A stretch of DNA of 64,000 nt from Candidatus Cloacimonadota bacterium (GTDB lineage Bacteria; Cloacimonadota; Cloacimonadia; Cloacimonadales; TCS61), in assembly GCA_021734245.1 (NCBI GenBank), contig JAIPJH010000006.1, positions 5,194 through 69,193 on the forward strand, written 5' to 3'. Of this stretch, positions 47,030-56,828 are shown in pieces. A model generated the notes under the pieces. That model was not told the DNA's origin and searched no databases. It was given only the letters and a program-made list of their open reading frames with translations. Position numbers and translations under genes: made by a program. Position 1 is the stretch's first letter. Each line of letters opens with the position of its first letter.

Positions 47030-47833
47030 ATGAAATTCTGGATTGATAAAGACGGATTCATCTATTTGTTCCAGGCACTCAAAGCAGCTGGAGCGATCCC
47101 AACTTATAAAGAAGTAAGTTTTGCTATAAAACGTGGCCAGGTAATGGTAAACGATGAAACCAGTTTTAAACAGCGTCATGTTTTAAAAGGTGGTGATACT
47201 GTAAAATATAAACGCCTTCACATGAAAATAATGGAACGAGATGATCTGGGTAGAACCAAGAAAGACATTTTGCGTGAAACTGAACCGGAAGGAAACGTTC
47301 GGCATGGCAACTTGAAAGGTTGGAAAGCAAAACCGCTTATAAAAGAGATCAACATTGATACAGAACTTGCAGAAACATCACGCAAAGTACATGAATTACT
47401 CACCAAAAAAGAATTAACACTAAGTTTAGCAGAATCTTGTACCGGAGGAATGATACAGGAAATTATTACTCAATATTCTGGTTCTTCATTATATTTTATG
47501 GGTGGAATAACTTCCTATGCAGATAGTGCGAAGATAAAAATATTGCATGTAAAAAGAGATACATTGAAAAAACACGGTGCTGTCAGTGAAGAAACTGCCA
47601 TCGAAATGGCAACAAATTGTGCTGAGATTTTCCAATCTACAATTGCGGGTTCAGTTACCGGAATTGCGGGACCTACCGGAGGTTCCAAAAATAAACCTGT
47701 GGGAACTGTACATATCGCACTTTATATTGATGGAAAAGTTATTCAAACTAAATATGTTTTCAGTGGCGATAGAGAAATGATTCGCAAAAAATCAACTCAT
47801 ACCCTATTTAAATTGATTTTAGAAAATATTTAA
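47030..47833 (+). CDS. S4-like RNA-binding domain fused to a CinA C-terminal (PncC-type nicotinamide-nucleotide amidase) domain
   Basis: N-terminus YLFQALKAAGAIPTYKEVSFAIKRGQVMVNDETSFKQRHVLKGGDTV (S4-like). C-terminus LSLAESCTGGMIQE...GGITSYADSAK...AIEMA...TGIAGP (CinA/PncC). Confidence 0.65.
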   Translation: MKFWIDKDGFIYLFQALKAAGAIPTYKEVSFAIKRGQVMVNDETSFKQRHVLKGGDTVKYKRLHMKIMERDDLGRTKKDILRETEPEGNVRHGNLKGWKAKPLIKEINIDTELAETSRKVHELLTKKELTLSLAESCTGGMIQEIITQYSGSSLYFMGGITSYADSAKIKILHVKRDTLKKHGAVSEETAIEMATNCAEIFQSTIAGSVTGIAGPTGGSKNKPVGTVHIALYIDGKVIQTKYVFSGDREMIRKKSTHTLFKLILENI

Positions 47834-47960
47834 TGCAAATTTAATTTATAAATATATATAATGTCACCAACTTACAAAAAAAATGAGTTTCACCTTGAAA
47901 AAAAGTTCTTGTCAAGAAGTCGGCAGAGAATTTTGTGAGGTCTAAGAATGTGGGGTATTG

Positions 47961-50900
47961 ATGCTTAGAAAGCTCATTATTCTGGTAAGTTTGTTTTTAC
48001 CATTATGTCTTCTGGCAAATTCGTTTGAAGTTATTGAAATGGAAGAAGATTATTTAATGGTAAAATTTACTCTTCCAGATTATCAAATTGAGAAAGTTGA
48101 AAGAAATAGTGTACAATATGATCGCATCTTTTGTAAAGGCGCTGCTTACACAAATGATCGTGATCGTTATGTACTGCCATTTTTTGGTGAAACTATCGGT
48201 TTGCCAATTGATGGAAATATGCATATTCGCATCATCGATCAGCATCAAACCAAAATTTCCACAAATTTTTTATTGCCTGTTCAAGAATCTTTTTATGAAG
48301 AAAATCCAAATGGAAGAAAAAAACAGAGATCAAACGAGCTTTACCCTCCCCTATTATTAAAGAAAAACGAACCGGCATATCTGGGAGATAGATATTTTTG
48401 TGGATTCAGTATTTTTCCTTTTCAATATAATGAAGCAACTAAAACAATAAAAGTAACTACAGAATTAACTTTTAGAATCGACATCGAAGGTGTCGATAAC
48501 GGGCGATCTACATTTACAAGAAGTGAAAATTTCATCGATAAATACGGAGACGAATTTTTCCTGAACAATCGTTTTTCGCAAAATTGGCGAAGACCGCGGG
48601 AAAACACTTCTGGTTCTTATTCCAGCAATCGAGACGGCGATCTTGTTAATGAAGTTCAGATTATTGTAGATGAAGAAGGAATCTATAAAATAACTCGCCA
48701 AATGCTGCAGGATGCGGTATCCGATCCTGAATTTCCCATCGATTTTGAAATGGCTTTCGATTGGAATGATATCGATCCACGTTTTCTGGAATTGAGAAAT
48801 GAATATGGTGTTGTTCCCATAAACTTTGTTGGTGAAGCTGACGGTTCTTTCGATTCAAATGATTATTTCGAATTCTTCGGAGACAGGCATAACGGCGATA
48901 ATGAATTCAACGACGATTTTACAGCAGAAAACGTTTATAATCTTTCTTTAGAAGATCATTTCGGAAGCCGCATGGCTATCGAAAATGGTGGTTTGAATGC
49001 CGTAAATCCGAATGCCATAACTGTGCCAACCTCCTTCCTGCAAACTGTAAGAATTGAACAGCAAAGCTTGACCGATCTTCTGGTTGCTCAATGGGAATTT
49101 AATACACCTAATTTCTTTAGAGAAGATATCTGGTTCTGGGATAAAATTACTGCTCCCAGCCTGCATGCCTATCCTTTTGATATCCAATATCCGGTTGAAT
49201 CAAATAGCCGTCGATTTACTGCAGAGGTTTGTTTGTTTGGTCTTACATATAATCGTTATAATTACGAAGAAATCAATCATAAAGCTCAGATAAATATCAA
49301 TGAAACACTGATCGACATCGATGAATGGTATGGTCAAACTGAAAAGATATTGAACAACAACGATAATCCACTTGTAAATCTTCATTTGCAGCATGGAGAA
49401 AATATTCTTTATGTAAATCTTCCAGGAATTCCCGGCATTGAAAATGAAAGCGTTTTACTTGATTATCTTGAATTGAATTACTGGCGTGAATATAAAACAG
49501 ATACGAACTATCTCCATTTTCAACGTCCTCCCGATCAATCCTCAGGCATCTATGAATTTGAACTGGAAAATTTTTCCACTCCCGATATTTCAGTTTACAA
49601 ACTCGGCTCCAGTAAATTTGAAAATGTACTCATAACTCCTGACGATGATACAGGTGGTGCGCCATACATGGCTACTTTTCAAGACAGTATAAACCTGGAT
49701 TCCTTTGAATACATCGCTGTTACCGACAGCATGAAAAAAGTTCCGCTAAAGATTCAGCCAAATCTTCCGTCATCTTTGCGTGATCCTATGAATTCAGCGG
49801 AGTATATCATTATTACTGCTCAAGAATTTAAGCAGAATGAATTTTTGCTGCAGTATAAACAAGTTTGGGAAGATGAAGGTCATGTTCTTAAGATCGTATC
49901 CGTAGAAGATATATTTGACGAATTCAATGGTGGTATTCGATCTGCAGAAGCAATTCGAGATTTCTTGAGCTATGCCTACAATAACTGGAGTGCTACATTA
50001 CTTTCTCACGTGTTGCTGTTGGGTGATGGCCTTACTGATGAACGAGATAACAGTCCACTTCGTGGAAACAATTTGATCCCTTTCAAAAACGTTTGGGTTG
50101 AAGCTCGTGGTGCTATTGCCAGCGATAATTGGATGGCTTGTATTATCGGAGACGATCCGGTAGCCGATATCAGTATCAGCAGAATCACGATCTGGCAGGA
50201 AGATCAGATCGGACCTGTTTTGGATAAATCTATTTATTATAAAAATACAAATAACTTTGAAGATTACTGGCACAGCAATGTTACACTTGCAGCCGGCGGA
50301 AATCCAGGTGAAGGCTCTTTTTTCGCTTTGCAAAGTGAAAATGTTCGTCATACTTGGATACCAGACAAGTTCAACGTAAAAAGAATATATTGTAATGTGC
50401 AAAATCTGCCCTCAGGATATTTTGGTAACACAACCAGTCTAATCAGCAATATCAATGACGGATCTGTTTATGTTCAATTTATGGGTCATGGTGGCGGCTA
50501 TGTCTGGGCAGATTATAACCTTTTGAATAAATATGATATTAATACATTTAATAATGAGAATTATCCACTTGTATCCAGCCTTTCCTGTTATGGTTCGGCT
50601 TTCAATTTTGCCGGCTCCTCCTGCATCGGAGAAGAACTGATCCTTACACCGGGCAAAGGAGCGATCGGACATATCGGTTTTACAGGTTATGGCTATTTGA
50701 ATGCTGATGAATATTTTGCACTTAAGATCAATCAGGCACTTTTTGGTCTTAACATGTCGAACGTAGGTGAAATAGTTGATTTCACCAAGGCACAATTCTA
50801 TGCCCATTATGGAAATGGTGCAATTGGTAATGCTTTAACAAGCGGTTGCGCACTTCTGGGCGATCCATTTATCAACATTTACATTCCCGATGAAACAGTT

Positions 50901-52952
50901 GATATTGAATTGAATGATCATAACCTTGCTGTTGGTGATACATTGCAATTTTCAGCATTTGTAGGTAATGATATCGAAGAAGGAAAATTCGTAATCTATG
51001 ATGAAAATGATATTCAACTGCCTTTGAATCTATATTTTCCCTTTAATATTCCAAACACAAATGGTTATATTAATGGAAGTTTCATAATTCCTGATGAATA
51101 TAGCGGAATTACGAATCATTCAGTAAAACTTTTTGCTCAAGGACCAGAAAAAGAACTGGTTGGAATTGACGACTATTCGATTGGTCAAGCGGTGCTTTCC
51201 AACCTGACAATAACTCCCGAGCAACCAACAGAATATGACGAAATAATGATCGGAGCTGATTTCTTCGATGAAGATGGAATCGATCAAGTTAAGTTTTATA
51301 ATCTTTCCGAAGGATATGCTTTGGATATGGTAAATGTGGAAGATAATTATTATCAGCTAAACCAGATACTTCCTCCACACATTCCCGGCAGTGATATCGA
51401 CTTCCGATTTAAGATCTTTGATGCTATCGGAGACTCAACTACAACTGATAATTATGAAGTTATTATTGCAGGACCTGATCTCTGGTTGGAACATATTCAG
51501 TTATCTGAATTTAATAATGAACCAGCAGTTAAACTTTTTATGCGAAATATTGGTGAAATCGATGCTCCCGGATTCAACCTTAGAATATATGATGCTCTGG
51601 ATAATTATAATCTTCTGTCTACTCAAAGTATCGATCCTTTAGCAGTATCAGAAGGAAGATGGGTTTATGTTCCGCTTCCACTTATGAATAATTTCTCTAA
51701 ATTCTTTGGAATTATCAATCAATACGGTGAATCTTTTGCGGAGATCACTCTTTCAAATAATATGCTGCTTTCCGATATATATCAGATGAATATGTATCTG
51801 GCACAAAATGGCACAGTAGCTACCTCTCTTGATAACAATTTTGAGTGCGAATTTTCGTCGGAGATTAACAGTTTGCAACCAATTATTTATATTAATGAAA
51901 ATGATTATTTGCAACCGCTAAATCAGCCTGACGTTTCCACTGTTGTGCTTCCTGATACCACATATTCCAAAGTATATGAAGTGGGAACTTTGAGTGAAGA
52001 TATTTTAGCAGATTCAATTGGTCATTTTGTGAATAATGGCAGTATGACAATTCGCATAAATTACAGCTCTACCGATTCTTTAACTCAGTATCTGGAAAAC
52101 CAGAATAATTTTAATGTTTATCGCTGGGAAGATTATTATGAAAAATGGATAAAAATCGGTGGAACGCTTCACACTGATGAAGATTATATCGAAGTAGAAG
52201 TTGATCGAATAGGAACTTACACTATTTTACACAATCAAGATACTACCATTCCTTTTGTAGAAGTAAACGTCGAAGATCAGGAATTGACGCAAACTTATGC
52301 TTCACTAAGCAATCCTGATTATATTAAAGTTGGCTATATAGCAAAAGATGGAATTATTTCATACACTATCTTCGATAAAAATGGTATTGATATTTTTGAC
52401 AGAAAACTATCGCTTCAACTGGATGATGGAACCAATGTAACAGACATAAATGAAAATGAATTTTCTTTGACTGCAACCTATAACAAATTAACAGAATTAC
52501 CTGTAAAATATCAACTTCCAGATTTGGCAAAAGGCCAATACACTGTTATCCTAAATTGCCATGATGTTAATGGAAATCCCAAAAATATGGTTTTCGAATT
52601 TTCGGTAAATTCCAAATTTGATATTTTAAATTTTGCAAATTATCCAAATCCAGTTGAATCAAACACTTTGTATCCCGAAAATGAAGGACGAACCCGTTTT
52701 ACCTATGTATTAACAGATGATGCCGATGAAGTTTATATTAAAATCTATACCGTAAGTGGAAGATTGGTAAAAACATTCAGAGATTTACCAAGTGCTGTTG
52801 GTTATCATGAGTTTCCACGCTCTGATATTGGTTGGGATTGCCGAGATAATAAAGGACATTACCTGGCAAATGGCGTGTATTTTTATAGAATAACAGCAAC
52901 CAAGGGAAATAAGCGAATCCAGAAAACTCAGAAAATGGCTATTTTAAAATAA
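47961..52952 (+). CDS. Peptidase C25 (gingipain/PorU-like) protein, 1663 aa, with a T9SS-type C-terminal sorting domain
   Basis: Signal peptide MLRKLIILVSLFLPLCLLANS. His/Cys dyad FMGHGGGYVWAD and SSLSCYGSAF, with the His and Cys 33 residues apart as in gingipains. C-terminus NYPNPVESNT...GVYFYRITA. Confidence 0.7.
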   Translation: MLRKLIILVSLFLPLCLLANSFEVIEMEEDYLMVKFTLPDYQIEKVERNSVQYDRIFCKGAAYTNDRDRYVLPFFGETIGLPIDGNMHIRIIDQHQTKISTNFLLPVQESFYEENPNGRKKQRSNELYPPLLLKKNEPAYLGDRYFCGFSIFPFQYNEATKTIKVTTELTFRIDIEGVDNGRSTFTRSENFIDKYGDEFFLNNRFSQNWRRPRENTSGSYSSNRDGDLVNEVQIIVDEEGIYKITRQMLQDAVSDPEFPIDFEMAFDWNDIDPRFLELRNEYGVVPINFVGEADGSFDSNDYFEFFGDRHNGDNEFNDDFTAENVYNLSLEDHFGSRMAIENGGLNAVNPNAITVPTSFLQTVRIEQQSLTDLLVAQWEFNTPNFFREDIWFWDKITAPSLHAYPFDIQYPVESNSRRFTAEVCLFGLTYNRYNYEEINHKAQININETLIDIDEWYGQTEKILNNNDNPLVNLHLQHGENILYVNLPGIPGIENESVLLDYLELNYWREYKTDTNYLHFQRPPDQSSGIYEFELENFSTPDISVYKLGSSKFENVLITPDDDTGGAPYMATFQDSINLDSFEYIAVTDSMKKVPLKIQPNLPSSLRDPMNSAEYIIITAQEFKQNEFLLQYKQVWEDEGHVLKIVSVEDIFDEFNGGIRSAEAIRDFLSYAYNNWSATLLSHVLLLGDGLTDERDNSPLRGNNLIPFKNVWVEARGAIASDNWMACIIGDDPVADISISRITIWQEDQIGPVLDKSIYYKNTNNFEDYWHSNVTLAAGGNPGEGSFFALQSENVRHTWIPDKFNVKRIYCNVQNLPSGYFGNTTSLISNINDGSVYVQFMGHGGGYVWADYNLLNKYDINTFNNENYPLVSSLSCYGSAFNFAGSSCIGEELILTPGKGAIGHIGFTGYGYLNADEYFALKINQALFGLNMSNVGEIVDFTKAQFYAHYGNGAIGNALTSGCALLGDPFINIYIPDETVDIELNDHNLAVGDTLQFSAFVGNDIEEGKFVIYDENDIQLPLNLYFPFNIPNTNGYINGSFIIPDEYSGITNHSVKLFAQGPEKELVGIDDYSIGQAVLSNLTITPEQPTEYDEIMIGADFFDEDGIDQVKFYNLSEGYALDMVNVEDNYYQLNQILPPHIPGSDIDFRFKIFDAIGDSTTTDNYEVIIAGPDLWLEHIQLSEFNNEPAVKLFMRNIGEIDAPGFNLRIYDALDNYNLLSTQSIDPLAVSEGRWVYVPLPLMNNFSKFFGIINQYGESFAEITLSNNMLLSDIYQMNMYLAQNGTVATSLDNNFECEFSSEINSLQPIIYINENDYLQPLNQPDVSTVVLPDTTYSKVYEVGTLSEDILADSIGHFVNNGSMTIRINYSSTDSLTQYLENQNNFNVYRWEDYYEKWIKIGGTLHTDEDYIEVEVDRIGTYTILHNQDTTIPFVEVNVEDQELTQTYASLSNPDYIKVGYIAKDGIISYTIFDKNGIDIFDRKLSLQLDDGTNVTDINENEFSLTATYNKLTELPVKYQLPDLAKGQYTVILNCHDVNGNPKNMVFEFSVNSKFDILNFANYPNPVESNTLYPENEGRTRFTYVLTDDADEVYIKIYTVSGRLVKTFRDLPSAVGYHEFPRSDIGWDCRDNKGHYLANGVYFYRITATKGNKRIQKTQKMAILK

Positions 52953-52954
52953 TT

Positions 52955-53968
52955 ATGAAAAAATATATTTGGTTATTGATTCTAATAAGTTTGGCAGTCG
53001 TCCAGCTTCATGCTGGATATTATGCTGGTGATTTCATGGTGATCGGAAACGGGGTAAGGCCTCTTAGTATGGGAGGAGCTTTTTCGGCCGTCGCAAATGA
53101 TTGTTCAGCAATTTATTGGAATGCGGCTGGACTGGCTCAAATTAGAAAATCCGAGTTAAGCATTAATCATTCATTCCTATACGGCAACCTGGCTTCTTAT
53201 GATAATTTCACTTTTTGTAAACCTTTGCCAAATGACGTAACAGTAGGTATAAACTGGACTCGATTATCTATCTCCGACATTCCCGTATTCCTGGAAGAAC
53301 ACCTGATTTACAATGTAGATTTCAGAAGTTCTTTTCTGGAATTTAATCTACCAGGCCAACCAGATGACATGATAAAGAGCGCTGATGATCTTTTTCAAAT
53401 TGCATTTGCCAAACATCTTCATAAAGATCTTTACTTAGGATGGTTATTTCTGGAATTACCGGTTGACTTCAATTTTGGAATCAGCGCAAAATATTTAAAT
53501 CGTAAAATAGACGAATATAAAGGTTCTGGAATTGGCTTCGATGCTTCCATATTATTTAAAACCAGTTTAGCTGTAATTATTGGAAGAAGCTGGTTGGGAG
53601 AATTTGCTTTTGGCTTGAATTATCAGGATATCAGCAATACAAAAATCACCTGGAATACAATGTCTAATCACTCAGATGAAGTAGAAGATAATGTAAAGTT
53701 GGGATTCGCTGTTATCCAACCTATTAAGAAATTTAATTCAGAATTGGTGATTGCTGCAGATATCGATTATATTTATGATAATTGCAATCATTATGGAATC
53801 GAATATAAATGTAAAGATTTAGTTTCAATGCGGATGGGTATCAACGACAATGATTTTACAACAGGCCTGAGTGTAAAATTGTATGATATAAACATTGATT
53901 ATGCTTTTACAACCAATGTTATTGGTAATACAAATAGGATAGGGTTAAGATATGAATTTGACAAGTGA
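52955..53968 (+). CDS. Outer-membrane beta-barrel protein, PorV/PorQ-like
   Basis: The ATG lies 2 nt after the upstream stop. Signal peptide, the motif RPLSMGGAFSAVANDCSAIYWNAAGLA, alternating beta-strand pattern, and C-terminal GLRYEFDK. Confidence 0.5.
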   Translation: MKKYIWLLILISLAVVQLHAGYYAGDFMVIGNGVRPLSMGGAFSAVANDCSAIYWNAAGLAQIRKSELSINHSFLYGNLASYDNFTFCKPLPNDVTVGINWTRLSISDIPVFLEEHLIYNVDFRSSFLEFNLPGQPDDMIKSADDLFQIAFAKHLHKDLYLGWLFLELPVDFNFGISAKYLNRKIDEYKGSGIGFDASILFKTSLAVIIGRSWLGEFAFGLNYQDISNTKITWNTMSNHSDEVEDNVKLGFAVIQPIKKFNSELVIAADIDYIYDNCNHYGIEYKCKDLVSMRMGINDNDFTTGLSVKLYDINIDYAFTTNVIGNTNRIGLRYEFDK

Positions 53969-54033
53969 TTTCACTTATTATCTTGACGGTAAAAACTTAA
54001 TGAATTTGTTAGGAAAACTTAAAGGAGCTTTTC

Positions 54034-54528
54034 GTGATTAAAAGAATATTAGTTATTGCAATGCTTATGCTGATTGTTTTGAGTGTAAATGCTCAAACTG
54101 AAACAAGCACATCTACTTCCAGTTATAATACTGGTTCCGTTTATATGTATTCAGGAACATTGGAAGGCACAGAACTTCTTAAAATTAAAACTTATATCTG
54201 GGGTCAGGTTCGAAAACCAGGTCTTTATATCGTACCAGATGATACAGACCTTCTTACACTAATATCTTCTGCCGGCGGACCTACAGAAAATGCTAATCTT
54301 ACAAAAATAAGAATTATTAGATCTGTAGAAGGTGAAGAGAAAGTAATGTGGGTCGATCTTCAGGAATATATTGATAACGGCGATTACAATTTAATCCCAA
54401 AATTGCAACCTGGTGATACTGTTATCATTTCAGGTTCAGCTTATTATGCATTCACAAAAGCAGTTGCCTGGATTTCCCAGATTGCAGTTATTTTGTCAGT
54501 ATACATTTCGGTAAATAATATACAATAA
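54034..54528 (+). CDS. Small SLBB-domain polysaccharide-export-like protein (164 aa)
   Basis: GTG start 7 nt after AAGGAG. Signal peptide. GQVRKPGLYIVPDDTDLLTLISSAGGPTENANLTKIRIIR is an SLBB/Wza-type motif. C-terminal hydrophobic helix. Confidence 0.6.
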   Translation: MIKRILVIAMLMLIVLSVNAQTETSTSTSSYNTGSVYMYSGTLEGTELLKIKTYIWGQVRKPGLYIVPDDTDLLTLISSAGGPTENANLTKIRIIRSVEGEEKVMWVDLQEYIDNGDYNLIPKLQPGDTVIISGSAYYAFTKAVAWISQIAVILSVYISVNNIQ

Positions 54529-54542
54529 ATAAGGATTTTTTA

Positions 54543-56828
54543 ATGGAAAACAAACAATTGAATCAATATTATGAAAGCATAGAAGAACAGGAAATAAAGT
54601 TATCAGATTATATTAGAATAATCTCAACTTTCAAATGGTTAGTGATCTTTGTATTCTTAGCAGTTTTTGCTGCCACGGTTATCTATACAGCTCGTTCTCC
54701 CAGAATATATAAGGCAACTTCAAAAGTCTTGCTTCAGGAAAAGATGACAAATAACCTGCTGTTCACAGGTTTCAATAATACAGCTTCATCGATTAACAAC
54801 AATATCCAGATTTTGAAGAGTTATCCTGTATTACAACTTACATTTCAGCTTCTAAAACGAGATAATGATTTTGATTCTTTTCCAATCAATCAAATCGAAG
54901 GATCTCCCGCAGGATATATAAGAGAAAATTTATCTGTAGATACTGAACGGGAAACCGATATAATGATTATTAATTTTGAATCTACAAATAGTGTGGAAGC
55001 GAAAGCAATAGCAAATGCTGCTGCAAGAGCACTTATGCAGCAGGACACCGATTATGCAAGAATTGAATTTCGTAGTACAAGAGAATTTCTGGCAGAACAA
55101 CTGGAAGATAATGAACGCCAATTAATGGCAGCAGAAGAAGAACTCAGAAATTTTAAACTGGATAATAATATTTCTCTGCTTACGCAAGAAACCGAGCAGC
55201 TTATCGAGCAATCTGCAGAACTTTCTGCCTTACTTTCGGCTGCCGAAACTGAAAGAGATGTTTCGCGAAAGCACGTTAATTATCTCCAAAACGAATTATC
55301 TCAACAAGACACATTTCTTCTGGATGTAAACAGTGTCTTGACTTCTCCGCTTCTGGAACAATTGAAAACGGAAATCGTTGCAAATCAGACCCAATATGTA
55401 AACCTTTTGACCAGATTGGAATATTCTCCCGATCATCCTGAACTGTTAGCTCTGAATAAAGCAATTGAAAGCGCTAAAAAAAGATTGAATGATGAAATTC
55501 AAAGAATCAGCTCTGTTAATACAGGTTCCTCCGATCCCCTGCAATATCGAGCTTCTTTGATAGACAAAATTTCCGCAGCTAAAATTGAACTAAATATTAA
55601 TGAAGCAAAAGTGGCAAGTTTACTGAAAGCGGTAGAAGCATACAATCAGAAAATGTCACTTTTACCTGATACGGAAATTGAACTGGCTAGATTGGAACGA
55701 AGCTACAGAATTAGCGAAAAAACATATATTATGCTAATTGAAAAATATGAAGAAGCAAAAATCGTAGAACAATCAAAAGTTGGTAGTATTCGCCTGGTAG
55801 AAGAAGCTTTAGCACCAGAAAATCCCATAAAACCAAACATTAAAATGAATCTTCTGATCGGTATTGTGCTTGGTTTAGGTTTGGGAATTGGATTAGCTCT
55901 ACTTCTTCATTCATTAGATTCCAAAATTAGAAATTTCGATGATGTAAAAAGATATGTAGGACTTCCAGTATTGGGAACTATTCCGCTAATTCAGACTTCC
56001 GACTCTGATTTCGATGATGTGGAAAAAATGATGAAAACAGCCAAAGGTGAAGAGAAAAAGGAATTGGAATTAACCCTCCAACAGATGGACTCAAAAATAA
56101 TCAGTAACTACGCTCCAAAATCTTCAGCAGCTGAGTCTTTCAGGATTTTACGAACAAACCTGGTAGCCAAAAAGAAAGAAGATGAATCAATGAGTATATT
56201 GATCACCAGTTCAGGTCCCAAGGAAGGTAAAACAACTATTCATACAAATTTAGCAACTACACTTTCCCAAATGGATGCGAAAGTTATCTTAGTCGATTTG
56301 GATTTAAGAAGACCGCGTGTTCACAGCATGTTCCATATTCCCAAAGAAGATGGTATCAGTGATTTTCTGGTCGATAAAACTACTAAGTTAGAACCTTTTA
56401 TCAAGAAATCATCTGTTCCAAATTTAGATGTTATTACAATCGGTTATATACCACCTAATCCTTCTGAACTTCTCGCATCAAGTAGAATGGATGAAGCAAT
56501 AAAAATACTGAAAACAAAATATGACTTCATTCTATTCGATGCTCCTCCTGTAATTGCTGTAACAGATGCAATGATACTTGCTAAGAAAATAGATTATCTT
56601 TATCTTGTTGTAAGAGTTTCACAAGCAGATAAACTGGTAATAAAACGAGCCAAGGAGCTTTTAGAAAATATTGATGTAGATATTACTGGAGCAGTTATAA
56701 ACGGAATCATCCCTCAAAGCTATTACAGCAGCAGCGAATATCACTATTACTATTACTACTATTATGGAAAAGAACAGAAAAAGAAGCGTCTCTCTTCGAT
56801 CTTACGCAAAAATAAACCTGTTTCTTGA
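54543..56828 (+). CDS. Polysaccharide co-polymerase / bacterial tyrosine kinase (Wzc/GumC-like)
   Basis: N-terminal Wzz-type TM segment, a long coiled coil, a second TM segment, Walker A TSSGPKEGKTT, Walker B ILFDAPP, and a C-terminal Tyr cluster [16 protein letters not shown]. Confidence 0.8.
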   Translation: MENKQLNQYYESIEEQEIKLSDYIRIISTFKWLVIFVFLAVFAATVIYTARSPRIYKATSKVLLQEKMTNNLLFTGFNNTASSINNNIQILKSYPVLQLTFQLLKRDNDFDSFPINQIEGSPAGYIRENLSVDTERETDIMIINFESTNSVEAKAIANAAARALMQQDTDYARIEFRSTREFLAEQLEDNERQLMAAEEELRNFKLDNNISLLTQETEQLIEQSAELSALLSAAETERDVSRKHVNYLQNELSQQDTFLLDVNSVLTSPLLEQLKTEIVANQTQYVNLLTRLEYSPDHPELLALNKAIESAKKRLNDEIQRISSVNTGSSDPLQYRASLIDKISAAKIELNINEAKVASLLKAVEAYNQKMSLLPDTEIELARLERSYRISEKTYIMLIEKYEEAKIVEQSKVGSIRLVEEALAPENPIKPNIKMNLLIGIVLGLGLGIGLALLLHSLDSKIRNFDDVKRYVGLPVLGTIPLIQTSDSDFDDVEKMMKTAKGEEKKELELTLQQMDSKIISNYAPKSSAAESFRILRTNLVAKKKEDESMSILITSSGPKEGKTTIHTNLATTLSQMDAKVILVDLDLRRPRVHSMFHIPKEDGISDFLVDKTTKLEPFIKKSSVPNLDVITIGYIPPNPSELLASSRMDEAIKILKTKYDFILFDAPPVIAVTDAMILAKKIDYLYLVVRVSQADKLVIKRAKELLENIDVDITGAVINGIIPQSYYSSSEYHYYYYYYYGKEQKKKRLSSILRKNKPVS

